Source: an uncultured Verrucomicrobiae bacterium
GTDB taxonomy: Bacteria; Verrucomicrobiota; Verrucomicrobiia; Chthoniobacterales; Terrimicrobiaceae
Reading direction: 5' to 3'
NCBI GenBank assembly: GCA_963706955.1
Contig: CAVPOC010000006.1
Coordinates: 313,643 to 377,642, forward strand
Length of the DNA: 64,000 bases
This document shows positions 9,083 to 17,762 of this stretch, piece by piece (the stretch's first letter is position 1; each line of letters opens with the position of its first letter). Below the pieces are notes generated by a model. That model had not been told where the DNA came from, searched no databases, and was given only the letters and a program-made list of their open reading frames with translations. A program made the position numbers and the translations under genes.

Positions 9083-10989
9083 GCGACAAGCTTTCGACCA
9101 CTGTCGGCCTCGCCCCGATTCCGCTGAGCGATGGCCTGGTCTTAGGGAGGGGGGCAGACGCCACTGCTATTCTTCCGGATTCGTCGGTGTCAAGGCGCCA
9201 TGCCATTCTTCATCACACGACATCGGGCTGGAGCGTCGAAGACCTCGGCAGCCGAAGCGGGTCTTTCCTGAACGGACGCTTGTTCCGAGCTGAAGAATTA
9301 GTCTTCGGGGACCTGCTGCGCATCGGACCATTCAATCTTCGTTTCGACGGGCGATTCCTGCGAGAAACAGCGGGAATCACCGGAGCGCGACTCGACGCGC
9401 ACGACCTGACGAAGGAAATCCTGGGAGCTCCGATCATGAGCGGCGTTTCTCTGAGCGTCGCGCCATGTCAATTTGTTGGCGTGATCGGCCCTAGCGGGGC
9501 AGGCAAATCCACGCTTCTGGATGCACTCTGCGCCTTGCGACCGGCTGACTCCGGAGCGGTGATGATCGATGGCATCGACCTCTACTCCAATTACGAGGCA
9601 CTTCGAGAGGAGCTTGGTTACGTTCCGCAAGATGACATCGTTCCACTGGAGCTCTCGATCGAGGACGCACTTTGCTTTAGTGCTTACCTCCGGTTGCCAA
9701 AGAAGACGCCGGCGGATGAGATTCGCCGGCTGGTCTGGCACACGATGCGTGTCTTGGGCCTAGAGGATCGCGCCAGCACCCGCGTCGGCAAACTCTCCGG
9801 TGGACAGCGAAAACGCGTCAGCGTCGGCGCCGAACTGCTCTGCCGTCCGCGACTCATGTTTCTAGACGAGCCGACTTCCGGTTTGGACCCATCTGCGGAA
9901 TCCAGACTTATGGAGTCGCTGCGCCATCTTGCGGTAACCGGCTGCACGATTCTTTGCACTACGCACATCATGGGGAACGCGTTTCTGTTCGACAGGCTGG
10001 CCGTCATGTACGGCGGCCGCCTGGTATTCATCGGAGAACCGAGCCAGGCTCTTGAATATTTTGGCGTCGAGCGTTTGACGCTTCTTTATGAAGGCTTGTC
10101 TTCACGCCCAGCGCCTGGCTGGCCAGCGCACCGAGAAGGCCCTCCGCCACTGGAGACTATCCGGCTACCTCCGCAGCGTCAGAAACGCAACGCCGCGCTT
10201 CCAATTCTGCTGCGGCGGCAATGGGCAATCTTTCGCGCAGACTGGAAGAATCTTCTCCTGGCCCTGGGTCAGCCCATTTTCATCGGGCTGCTGGTCACGT
10301 GGGTAAGTAGCGATCCTCCTCTGATTCTCTTCTTCGCGTATATCGCGACGCTTTGGTTCGGCTGCGGCAATGCGGCGCAGGAGATCGTGCGAGAGTTACC
10401 TATGTTTCGGCGGGAACGCCTGATCGGGCTTGGCCGTCATGCGTATTTGTTCGCGAAGTTCTCTTCGCTTGCCGGCATCACCACCTTCCAGAGTCTGCTG
10501 CTCTACGGCGTAATGCAACTCTACACCGGCGGGATCGGCGGCGCGGTCGAATGGCAAATTCCAGCGATGATATTGGCGGCCTTGGCCGCGGTGGCTATTG
10601 GGCTGGCGATCTCGGCTCTCTCGAGATCTGTCCTCCAAGCCGTCATGATCGTTCCTCTGGTTCTAATTCCGCAAATCCTTTTCTCCGGATTTATTCCCCC
10701 GGCGGGCGACATGGCGCCCGGACCGCAGATTGTTTCGCGACTGATGCCGAGTGCAGCTGTCCAGGGGATCATTGACACCAGCTTGTTCTGGAACAAGACG
10801 ATCAGCGGTGCGATGCGCGTGGACTATCCTTCTGCTTTCTCCAATCTCAATCGAGACAGGTCTTTGAAGAATGGACAAATCTTTACCAATGCGACGCCGG
10901 CGGCGTGGAGCCTCGGAACACTCGTGATGTGGACCGCCGGTGCCTACTGGGCAGCCTGGCTCGCATTGCGCGGCAAGGAAAGAGGATGA
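9079..10989 (+). CDS. FHA domain - ABC ATPase - ABC2 permease fusion (Rv1747-like architecture, single FHA)
   Basis: FHA (LGR, VSRRHA, DLGS..G.FLNG); Walker A GPSGAGKS; LSGGQRKR; FLDEPTSGLD; C-terminal TMD with EIVRE...RRER and IPQILFSG. Overlaps the ompA stop by 4 bp. Confidence 0.9.
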   Translation: MSDKLSTTVGLAPIPLSDGLVLGRGADATAILPDSSVSRRHAILHHTTSGWSVEDLGSRSGSFLNGRLFRAEELVFGDLLRIGPFNLRFDGRFLRETAGITGARLDAHDLTKEILGAPIMSGVSLSVAPCQFVGVIGPSGAGKSTLLDALCALRPADSGAVMIDGIDLYSNYEALREELGYVPQDDIVPLELSIEDALCFSAYLRLPKKTPADEIRRLVWHTMRVLGLEDRASTRVGKLSGGQRKRVSVGAELLCRPRLMFLDEPTSGLDPSAESRLMESLRHLAVTGCTILCTTHIMGNAFLFDRLAVMYGGRLVFIGEPSQALEYFGVERLTLLYEGLSSRPAPGWPAHREGPPPLETIRLPPQRQKRNAALPILLRRQWAIFRADWKNLLLALGQPIFIGLLVTWVSSDPPLILFFAYIATLWFGCGNAAQEIVRELPMFRRERLIGLGRHAYLFAKFSSLAGITTFQSLLLYGVMQLYTGGIGGAVEWQIPAMILAALAAVAIGLAISALSRSVLQAVMIVPLVLIPQILFSGFIPPAGDMAPGPQIVSRLMPSAAVQGIIDTSLFWNKTISGAMRVDYPSAFSNLNRDRSLKNGQIFTNATPAAWSLGTLVMWTAGAYWAAWLALRGKERG

Positions 10990-11005
10990 TCTTCTTAGAA
11001 AAATT

Positions 11006-11920
11006 CTAAGCCATTCCGAACAGGCGGACGCTCTGATATTTTCCTTTTAGTTGATGGTCACCGAGATCGTTCAAATTGATACCCGGGACTGGCAAAGTCG
11101 TCAGGAAATCCTGAGAAAGGGTCAAGCGCTGGTTCAGCTGCTTCATGAGGCCTTCGATGCGAAAGACGGTATTTACTGTGTCGCCGAGAATCGTTGCATC
11201 GCGTTGCGCAACCAAACCCACGTTCCCGCAAGTTACACTTCCGTGATGTAAAGCCACCGCGATCCGAAACGGCTTTTCCTGTGCCAATTTCCAACAGCGC
11301 TTGTCGGCGGCATTCAAGAGCTCCAACGCGCTGTCCAATGCTCCACGTGATTCGCGGCCGTCGAGTGACTCGCGGGTCCAGTAGGCCAGAACCGCATCAC
11401 CGATAAACTTGTCGATGGTTCCACCGTTTTTGTGGACGATGTTTCCCGCGTCTCGGAACCACTGGCCAAGCGTCCGCGCCAGCTCATCCTCGGGGAGAAG
11501 TTCAGATACCGTCGAGAAACCCCGGATGTCGCAAACCATGACGGCCACGACAGCGCTCTGATCATGCGTCGATTCCGGTCCGGCGGCGATTGTAACATCA
11601 AAGGTCGTGTCCTCGGAAGACTCGTCGGACTGTTCAAAGATCAGCTCAATATTGGTGATCCGGATCACCGCTCCATGCGTCAGAATAGTCGGCGTAATCA
11701 CGCGTCGACCGTTAACAAATGTTCCGTTGCGACTGCCCAGGTCCATGATCTGAAACTGATAGGCATTATGGCACCGGATGACCGCATGCTGCCGAGAAAT
11801 ATGCGGGTTTGTATGCAAACTGATCGTATTCTCACGGCTCCGTCCAATCGTGGCGGTGTTGCCGATTTCCACCTCGAATGGCTCGCCCTGCGCGGGGCGC
11901 ACTTTTAGTTTCGCGGGCAT
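11006..11920 (-). CDS. FHA domain class III adenylate/guanylate cyclase
   Basis: Likely start MPAKLKV at 11920. FHA: IGR, ISRQHA, SRNGTFVNG. Cyclase: DIRGFS, DKFIGDAV, ALHHG, TILGDTVNTVFRIE. Confidence 0.9.
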   Translation of the reverse strand: MPAKLKVRPAQGEPFEVEIGNTATIGRSRENTISLHTNPHISRQHAVIRCHNAYQFQIMDLGSRNGTFVNGRRVITPTILTHGAVIRITNIELIFEQSDESSEDTTFDVTIAAGPESTHDQSAVVAVMVCDIRGFSTVSELLPEDELARTLGQWFRDAGNIVHKNGGTIDKFIGDAVLAYWTRESLDGRESRGALDSALELLNAADKRCWKLAQEKPFRIAVALHHGSVTCGNVGLVAQRDATILGDTVNTVFRIEGLMKQLNQRLTLSQDFLTTLPVPGINLNDLGDHQLKGKYQSVRLFGMA

Positions 11921-12032
11921 CAGGATGGTTTCTCTTCCCGGTGCGACCACACCAGGCGAGGGCTCCTTGCAGCGGTTGGCGGCATGCAGGCGGCGCGCAC
12001 ACGGCAAGTCAAAGGCGCCACACGTAGGGTAA

Positions 12033-12629
12033 TCATTGCGAAACCCTAGTCATAATACGCTCAGCGTACTTGGCGAGAATATCAAACTCGAGGTTCACGC
12101 GACTGCCTTGGCTGAGCTTTTCAAGATTTGTCGCGCTGCGTGTGTGCGGAATAAGGCAAACGGAAAACGAGGCGTCGGTGAGAGAGGCGACGGTCAGGCT
12201 GACGCCGTTGACACAAATAGAGCCCTTCCAAGCAACATAGGGTGAGAAGCGTGTTGGGAGCTCAAATTCGAGCCGAAGGTCGCGCGCTACGAGATCCCGA
12301 GCGATCATCGCGGCGGTACAATCGACATGTCCTTGAACGAAGTGTCCGCCCATGCGCCCGTCGGCGCGAACGGCTCGCTCGAGGTTGATGGCGGAGCCCT
12401 TACTGAGTTCGCCGAGGTTGGTGCGTTGCAGCGTCTCGTCGAGCAGATCGAAATGAAGATGCTCACCATCCGACTGAACAGCTGTCAAACAGCAGCCATT
12501 AACCGCCACGCTGTCTCCGACTTTGACGTGCGGCGCGATCCCCGGCGCAGTCAGCGACAACTGGATTTTGTCCGCGCGGCGGCGAAGTTCCAGGCAAACG
12601 CCAATCTCTTCAATCAAACCCGTGAACAT
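12033..12629 (-). CDS. ribE: Riboflavin synthase (alpha chain)
   Basis: The canonical N-terminus MFTGLIEE begins at 12629. Also GDSVAVNGCCLT, GGHFVQGHVD, KGSICVNGVSLT, VNLEFDILAKY. Confidence 0.95.
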   Translation of the reverse strand: MFTGLIEEIGVCLELRRRADKIQLSLTAPGIAPHVKVGDSVAVNGCCLTAVQSDGEHLHFDLLDETLQRTNLGELSKGSAINLERAVRADGRMGGHFVQGHVDCTAAMIARDLVARDLRLEFELPTRFSPYVAWKGSICVNGVSLTVASLTDASFSVCLIPHTRSATNLEKLSQGSRVNLEFDILAKYAERIMTRVSQ

Positions 12630-12955
12630 CAGAAAACCTTTGAGTCCAAGAAAAACGACCGGGGGAAAAAAGCCAAAATCCGAAACGGCCACAGCGCGAA
12701 GAGCGCAGGCAACCGCATCGCTAACCACGTCCGCGAAGGAGAGTTTGTCCGGAAGGACGATGTTCTTAACGAGAGAATCGACGTCTTTGTCACCTTGGTG
12801 GACGCTTGAACCAAACGACGGCGCCCTCTGCAACGAGAAATGAGTGTTCGGCAAAGGAAATCTTCGATTCTCGGGCTCGGGACCTGAGATTGTTTGCCGA
12901 CACATGAAGATCCTGCTTTTTCATTACAAATCCACCTTCTCAGCTTTGTGAAGCA

Positions 12956-13717
12956 ATGAAATCCTGTCTGACGCGATCTCGGTTGGCTCTTTGCCTCATC
13001 TGTGCTGCGCTTTGTTCATGCGCTTCGGTTAGCCTTAAGAAAGTCGACGTTCTCACGGCTCGGGCGCCGACGAAGGCACCATCAAAGATCTTCGTGAAAC
13101 CTCCCGAATTTTACGATGCCGCCGTCCGAGTGGATCGCAGCGGGGCGCGACTTGATGCCTTCAAGCATGATATGCAGGAGCGCTTCACCAGGCACCTCGT
13201 TCGTCGTCTCTCCAAACACGTGGCGCCCGCAGAGGCAGTGGCGGCAACAGCGCCGCTGCCGCGAGGAAACTTTTGGCTCATCGTTTCCAGGTTTGATCGT
13301 GTCCACCAGGGCAGCCGGATGTTGCGATCCGTCATAGGCTTCGGCGCCGGCGGAACTAAACTCGAGACGAGTGTGATGGTCTATGACCTTTCGAGGAGAC
13401 CGCCGCGGCCCTTCTTGCTCCTGCAAACGACTGGGGGCTCAAACGCTGCACCAGGGGCAATTGGAACCGCGACCTATTTCGCGACCGGAGTGACGGCATT
13501 GTTCTCGGCTGGGAATCTCTTCGAGGGAACGCGTTCCGGCCTGACCTTCGACAACCTACGAACTGTGCGTCAAATCGTCGCCGCTTTGTCGGAATACCTG
13601 GTCGAGCGCGGTGCTCTTTCTCCCGCCAAGCCGCTGCGATCCAAGCGCCTTCGCGGCGCTACCCAGCAGGCGACGGCACGCGGCGAGATTACCGTCACGC
13701 CGGCCGACGCGCGCTGA
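12956..13717 (+). CDS. Putative lipoprotein (DUF4410-like)
   Basis: Signal peptide ending LCSC. The motif VHQGSRMLRSVIGFGAGGTKL resembles DUF4410. Confidence 0.65.
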   Translation: MKSCLTRSRLALCLICAALCSCASVSLKKVDVLTARAPTKAPSKIFVKPPEFYDAAVRVDRSGARLDAFKHDMQERFTRHLVRRLSKHVAPAEAVAATAPLPRGNFWLIVSRFDRVHQGSRMLRSVIGFGAGGTKLETSVMVYDLSRRPPRPFLLLQTTGGSNAAPGAIGTATYFATGVTALFSAGNLFEGTRSGLTFDNLRTVRQIVAALSEYLVERGALSPAKPLRSKRLRGATQQATARGEITVTPADAR

Positions 13718-13780
13718 AATCCGTCCGCAGCATGGCTGGCCCAGCGGGTTCTTGCCAGGACCGCGCAGTTGCCGCGGAAC

Positions 13781-14602
13781 TTACGAAAGCCGCACCAGGT
13801 CGCGCAGAAACTGAAACCACAGATAAAACATTCCGCGCAAGGTATAGCGAATAAGATGATCGCCGTCTCGCGCCAGGAGGCCCACAGCGATATTATGCGC
13901 AATCTGCGCGCGCATCTCGTTCTGCATCGTGCGAATCGTCTCTTCGGGTGAAGGATCCAAGAGCGCGGCAGCATCCACATTGTGCGCACGAAGGAACCGT
14001 TCGTGGGCGACATACATATCGGAGAACGGTCCCTGGCTTGGAAATCGGTTGGTCACCAAATGCGGCTGCAACTTCAAGCCGTAGGAGAATGGATAGTTCC
14101 AGGTCATCAAAATACGCCCATCCGCCGTGCGAGAGGTGATTGTCAGATAGTAAAATGCCATGTCGTTTTGCTCACTAAGGCAAATACTCGCCTGTGTGCG
14201 GCACTGGGCATCTCGGAAGACGCGATAAAAGTGCCGATTGTCCTCGTAGTCCCAACCGACATCCTCCAAATGCTCAAATCCTTGCTCTTCGACTTCCTCG
14301 GTCATTTCCTGAAACCCAGGAAAAGAATTCCGCGACGGGGGGGGTCGCGGGCCGAGTCTGCGTTCAATTGGGATGCGCATCCGGCGGACTCGCGTGAGAA
14401 TCTCCAGCCAGGGCAGAAAAAGCCAACTGGCAGCAAGAGCCGCCCCGAGAGCGACACTTCCGCCGAGGAGCCATCCGGCGAGGAACGAGGTGATAACGAT
14501 GCCCAGCGTTCCGAGCCTGAACAGCAGTCGGTGCTCAAAGGAACGCAAGGCTGCGCTGAGGACGGCTGCTCCCAGCACGAAAAGCAAGTGAGAGATGATC
14601 AA
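13781..14602 (-). CDS. Hypothetical membrane protein
   Basis: 273-aa ORF with 3 N-terminal TM segments; overlaps the glutaredoxin stop by 4 bp. Confidence 0.75.
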   Translation of the reverse strand: MIISHLLFVLGAAVLSAALRSFEHRLLFRLGTLGIVITSFLAGWLLGGSVALGAALAASWLFLPWLEILTRVRRMRIPIERRLGPRPPPSRNSFPGFQEMTEEVEEQGFEHLEDVGWDYEDNRHFYRVFRDAQCRTQASICLSEQNDMAFYYLTITSRTADGRILMTWNYPFSYGLKLQPHLVTNRFPSQGPFSDMYVAHERFLRAHNVDAAALLDPSPEETIRTMQNEMRAQIAHNIAVGLLARDGDHLIRYTLRGMFYLWFQFLRDLVRLS

Positions 14603-14847
14603 GGTAGAAGGTCGTTCTCTAGCATGAAGCTCTCAAGCTGTGCGACATCAAAATCGGGCAGCACACGACCGTCGCCGGTTTCCAAGGTGGGCGTAAGAGA
14701 TTGCTTCGAGATCTGCCGCATCCGGGCATAGGCGTCCGGGTCGGAGAGCACGTCGACCTCTCTAAACTGGTAACCCTTCGCTTCCAGCCAATCCACCGCT
14801 TCAATACACCACGGGCACCATGGCTTAACGTAAAGAGTCAACTCCAT
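14599..14847 (-). CDS. Glutaredoxin/NrdH-like redoxin
   Basis: LYVKPWCPWC active-site motif, TPTL cis-Pro motif, AGGAGG RBS upstream. Confidence 0.9.
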   Translation of the reverse strand: MELTLYVKPWCPWCIEAVDWLEAKGYQFREVDVLSDPDAYARMRQISKQSLTPTLETGDGRVLPDFDVAQLESFMLENDLLP

Positions 14848-14916
14848 CCTCCCTATGATCGCTTCACTTGTCGCTTGTCAGCCTCCATGTCTCGTTTAGA
14901 TTGCGGATTTCCGCAA

Positions 14917-14992
14917 GGCGCATTCGTCTAGAGGCCTAGGACACGGCCCTCTCAAGGCCGGTACACGGGTTCGAATCCCGTATGCGCTGCCA
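14917..14992 (+). tRNA. tRNA-Glu (anticodon CTC)
   Basis: Acceptor GGCGCAT/ATGCGCT, anticodon arm CGGCC-CTCTCAA-GGCCG, T-loop GGTTCGAATCC, encoded CCA. Confidence 0.95.
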
Positions 14993-15161
14993 GTGTTCTC
15001 CAACCTCGAATTACTCTTAGAACCGCATGAATAAAGGCTGTGAGTGCGATTCCCGAGAAAAGACCAGATTGCAATTTACGCCATAGAATTGCAGAAAGTC
15101 TGTCACACTTTGTCACCGGATTGAAAGATTCGGTTAACCCTCGCTAACTCAACCCCCCATC

Positions 15162-15936
15162 ATGCCTGCGACGATCCTTGATGAAACGGGGCACCGTGGG
15201 GAGACGGAATACGAGTTTCAACTCTTGGCGGAATATTTTGAGGTTTCGGAAACTGCGATCAACGAAATCGAGAGATCCGAAACCAAGCGACTGGAAGAAG
15301 CGCACGCCGAAGCAGACGATGACACTAAAGTTGCTCTAGCCGGGCGCGGAGTTCTTGGAGCTTGCACAAAAATTCGTGCGAGAGTTTCCGCTTCGACGTT
15401 TGTAATGGATTCATAATTCAACTATGCAGTCTGTTCGAGACTCGTGCGCAGGGACTGTGCGGGGTGCTGGTTAAGCGCGGCATTACTTCGGCCACGGCAA
15501 AGCTATGTGACCAAAAGCACCAAAGGCTTCTGCTGACATTTCGTGACTGGATCGAGGATAACACCCAGGCGAAATCGACCAGATGGGAACTTGTCGAAGA
15601 AATCAGGCGCATTCGCAATTGCATTTGCACATGCCAACGGCCTTGTGGGGGCGGGCGCGAAGAATATCTTAAAGTCTTGGCGCGATTCTCACCCTTAATA
15701 AAGGAGTCTATGAAGACGAGTTTGGATACATTGCTATCGGAGAGATGATTTTGCGAGTCCGCACGTGAAGAGTTGCACTGAACCTATTGAATGACATCTA
15801 TCAAACCACGGGCTTTGGAGCTTCGTTCTTCCTGCGAGGCCGACGACCATCTGAAATAGTGGTAACTATCGAGCATAAGAACAACGGGATTACCTTTAGC
15901 GTCATTCCTCCCGATCAAGACTTGGAGCCTGCCTGA
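15162..15936 (+). pseudogene. Frameshifted HEPN-motif protein
   Basis: Joining frames gives MPATILDETG...FIIQLCSLFETRAQGLC...WELVEEIRRIRNCI|AHANGLV...VIPPDQDLEPA*. An RNCIAH (RxxxxH) motif appears if one T of ATTT at 15623-15626 is removed. Confidence 0.6.
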
Positions 15937-16189
15937 ATCCGCAGTAAGTGCTCCCAGGCGCGGTAGTCACTTCGTAGTAGGTGGGAGTTCTTCGCACAGA
16001 CCGGGCTCAAAATGACCTCACACGGCGGGAATTGAACTTTAGACGGAGAGGGAAGATACGACAGCCCACTTAAAAGCCCTCACCCCTATTTCAAGCGGAC
16101 TGTCGTTCTTGAAAATCAAGAACAGCAACCTACCACGGCAATTCTATGCGCGAAATCAGGCTCGTCCCGAGAGACGACCTAGTGCAATC

Positions 16190-16387
16190 TTGACATTTCC
16201 TCGGGGTTCGTATCTCATCGCCCCGTAGCCGCTGACAAGGCTGCCGCAAATTCTCACCCCGGCATCACGAACCGGGAGCGAATACACAAAAGAGAAAACA
16301 AGCCTGTCCTCCGATAGCCGTTCCAGGTCGTGCTGTGCGGCAACAAGGTGTCAGCCTTCGGGGGGCAGGCTTGTTCTTTTAAACACC
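16190..16387 (+). promoter_or_regulatory. Promoter (TTGACA at 16190) and structured 5' leader of the RHH gene
   Basis: 18-bp stem 16297-16314 / 16358-16375 (two G-U pairs) followed by CTTTT. The 5' motifs GCTGACA and TGCCGCA are complementary to TGTCAGC and TGCGGCA inside the stem's loop. Confidence 0.55.
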
Positions 16388-16803
16388 ATGAACAACGACA
16401 AGATTACCATCACGATAACCCTTCCGAAGCGTCTCGCAGACAAACTGCGCGAGGTAGACCGAATTATCAGCAACCATGACCTCGGTCGAACGCTCGCGGA
16501 AATCGTGTGGATGAAACATGGAGAGAACTTACAGATCCCACATCTGAGGCAATTATCGACCTCATCGACGACAAGCAATGGCGGTCTAGGTCGGAATGCG
16601 AGAAGGCGAAAGCGGTAGTTGCCGCCGAGCTTAAGGACTGGCCAATCGAGATTGAAAAAAGCGCGGGCGGATGGCGCATACGCGTCTTGTGGTCCGCTCG
16701 ATGGCACGCCCTCTGGAAATACTGCCAAAGCGAATGGGCTAGACTTACGATGAGGCTCACGAGAGCTCTACTACTGCTCGTTGGGCCGTCTAGCGAACCT
16801 TAA
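16388..16803 (+). pseudogene. Ribbon-helix-helix (CopG-like) domain protein, one frameshift
   Basis: MNNDKITITITLPKRLADKLREV is an RHH-type beta-alpha start. It continues in the 16507..16803 frame (DETWRELTDP...). Confidence 0.55.
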
Positions 16804-16810
16804 CCACAAG

Positions 16811-16847
16811 AAGCCCCGGTTGCCACAAGCGCCGGGGCTTATTTCTT
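16811..16847 (+). terminator. Intrinsic terminator-like hairpin
   Basis: AAGCCCCGG...CCGGGGCTT followed by ATTTCTT, directly after the RHH gene. Confidence 0.65.
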
Positions 16848-17223
16848 CCTGAAAAGGAAGCAGCCCGGAGGAGTTCGGACGAAGAATAACCCGGGCTGCT
16901 TGGGAACTGCGTGTTGTCACTTGCAGACGGTTCTACTTTTACACTGACGCGCAGGTTTGCGCATATAGGGTGTTCACCCCATCGAGATTCGGATTTCGCC
17001 ATATATGCTTCCTAAAGGAAATGGACTCCTCGCCGCCCAAAATTCATGTCAGCAAAATTGGATGTGGCGGTAGGTATATTTGGTTCAGGTCAATGGTCTC
17101 GATGCCGACTGACCAAGAAATGATCGGATGGGTTCCGCGATATCGGGAAGAATCGTTTCAACGCGGCGCCAGAGACCCCCTTGTCGTTGACGTGGAGCGA
17201 GACCAACTTCGGGAGCCAGCCGG

Positions 17224-17680
17224 CTACAGCTTAGGAATACTCCCAGCACCGTCTGAGACCGTCGCGCTTTGTTTAACCGGTGCGTGCATGTTCTTCTGCT
17301 TCTCCAGGTGGGCCGCATAATGCTTTGCAGCGTCTAAAATCAATGGTTGCCGGCCTAAAACCTTGTAAGCGTCCGCATATTCACGCGCCACTTGTGAGAG
17401 GGGAATGCTTATGCCCCTTAGAATCTCTACCGCATCGGTCACGACCGCCACTTGTCGAGGGGTGAGGGGGCCAACGTGCGCGGTGCCTTTGGTAAACTCC
17501 TCAATCTTGCTTTTAGCGAAAGCCCGCGTCTCTTCGATGCGTAGTGCCTGCTCTATCTCGCTTCCGCTTCCGTCGGCGTAATAGCTTACAATGTAATTTT
17601 CCCTGCCGCGCTGCTGGCGCTGAATAGATGGGGATCTCGATACCTTTTGTCCTGACTACTTCGATGGGGCCGGTTTTCAT
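17224..17680 (-). pseudogene. Truncated N-terminal part of a probable tyrosine integrase
   Basis: Starts 53 bp inside the att repeat: MKTGPIEVVRTKGIEIPIY...(frameshifts)...AKSKIEEFTKG...LSQVAREYADAYKVLG...LDAAKHYAAH. No catalytic domain remains, so the call rests mainly on position. Confidence 0.55.
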
Positions 17681-17732
17681 TGTCACACATTTGTCACACA
17701 GGCTTATTTCAGTCAAGTTTTCTCTGTAAAAC

Positions 17733-17762
17733 ACACGGGTTCGAATCCCGTATGCGCTGCCA
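17733..17762 (+). repeat. att site: duplicated 3' end of tRNA-Glu
   Basis: Exact 30-bp copy of 14963-14992. Confidence 0.95.

Larger units (their letters stand above)
14993..17762. mobile_element. Small integrative element (remnant) inserted at the tRNA-Glu 3' end
   Basis: 30-bp direct repeat ACACGGGTTCGAATCCCGTATGCGCTGCCA at 14963-14992 and 17733-17762, with an integrase-like remnant next to the distal copy. Confidence 0.9.

Noticed and set aside
12630..12955. Possible FMN riboswitch or N-terminal extension of ribE (the ORF track starts at 12905)
   Set aside because: No RFN consensus (AGGGCGGGGUGAAAUUCCC...) was seen, and riboflavin synthases begin at MFTG, so the extension is spurious.
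15162..16803. HEPN + RHH as a type II toxin-antitoxin operon
   Set aside because: The genes are ~450 bp apart, the RHH gene has its own promoter and leader, and the order and spacing are atypical. Not supportable without homolog context.
17733..17762. Second tRNA gene
   Set aside because: Only the T-arm and 3' acceptor strand are present; this is an att duplication.
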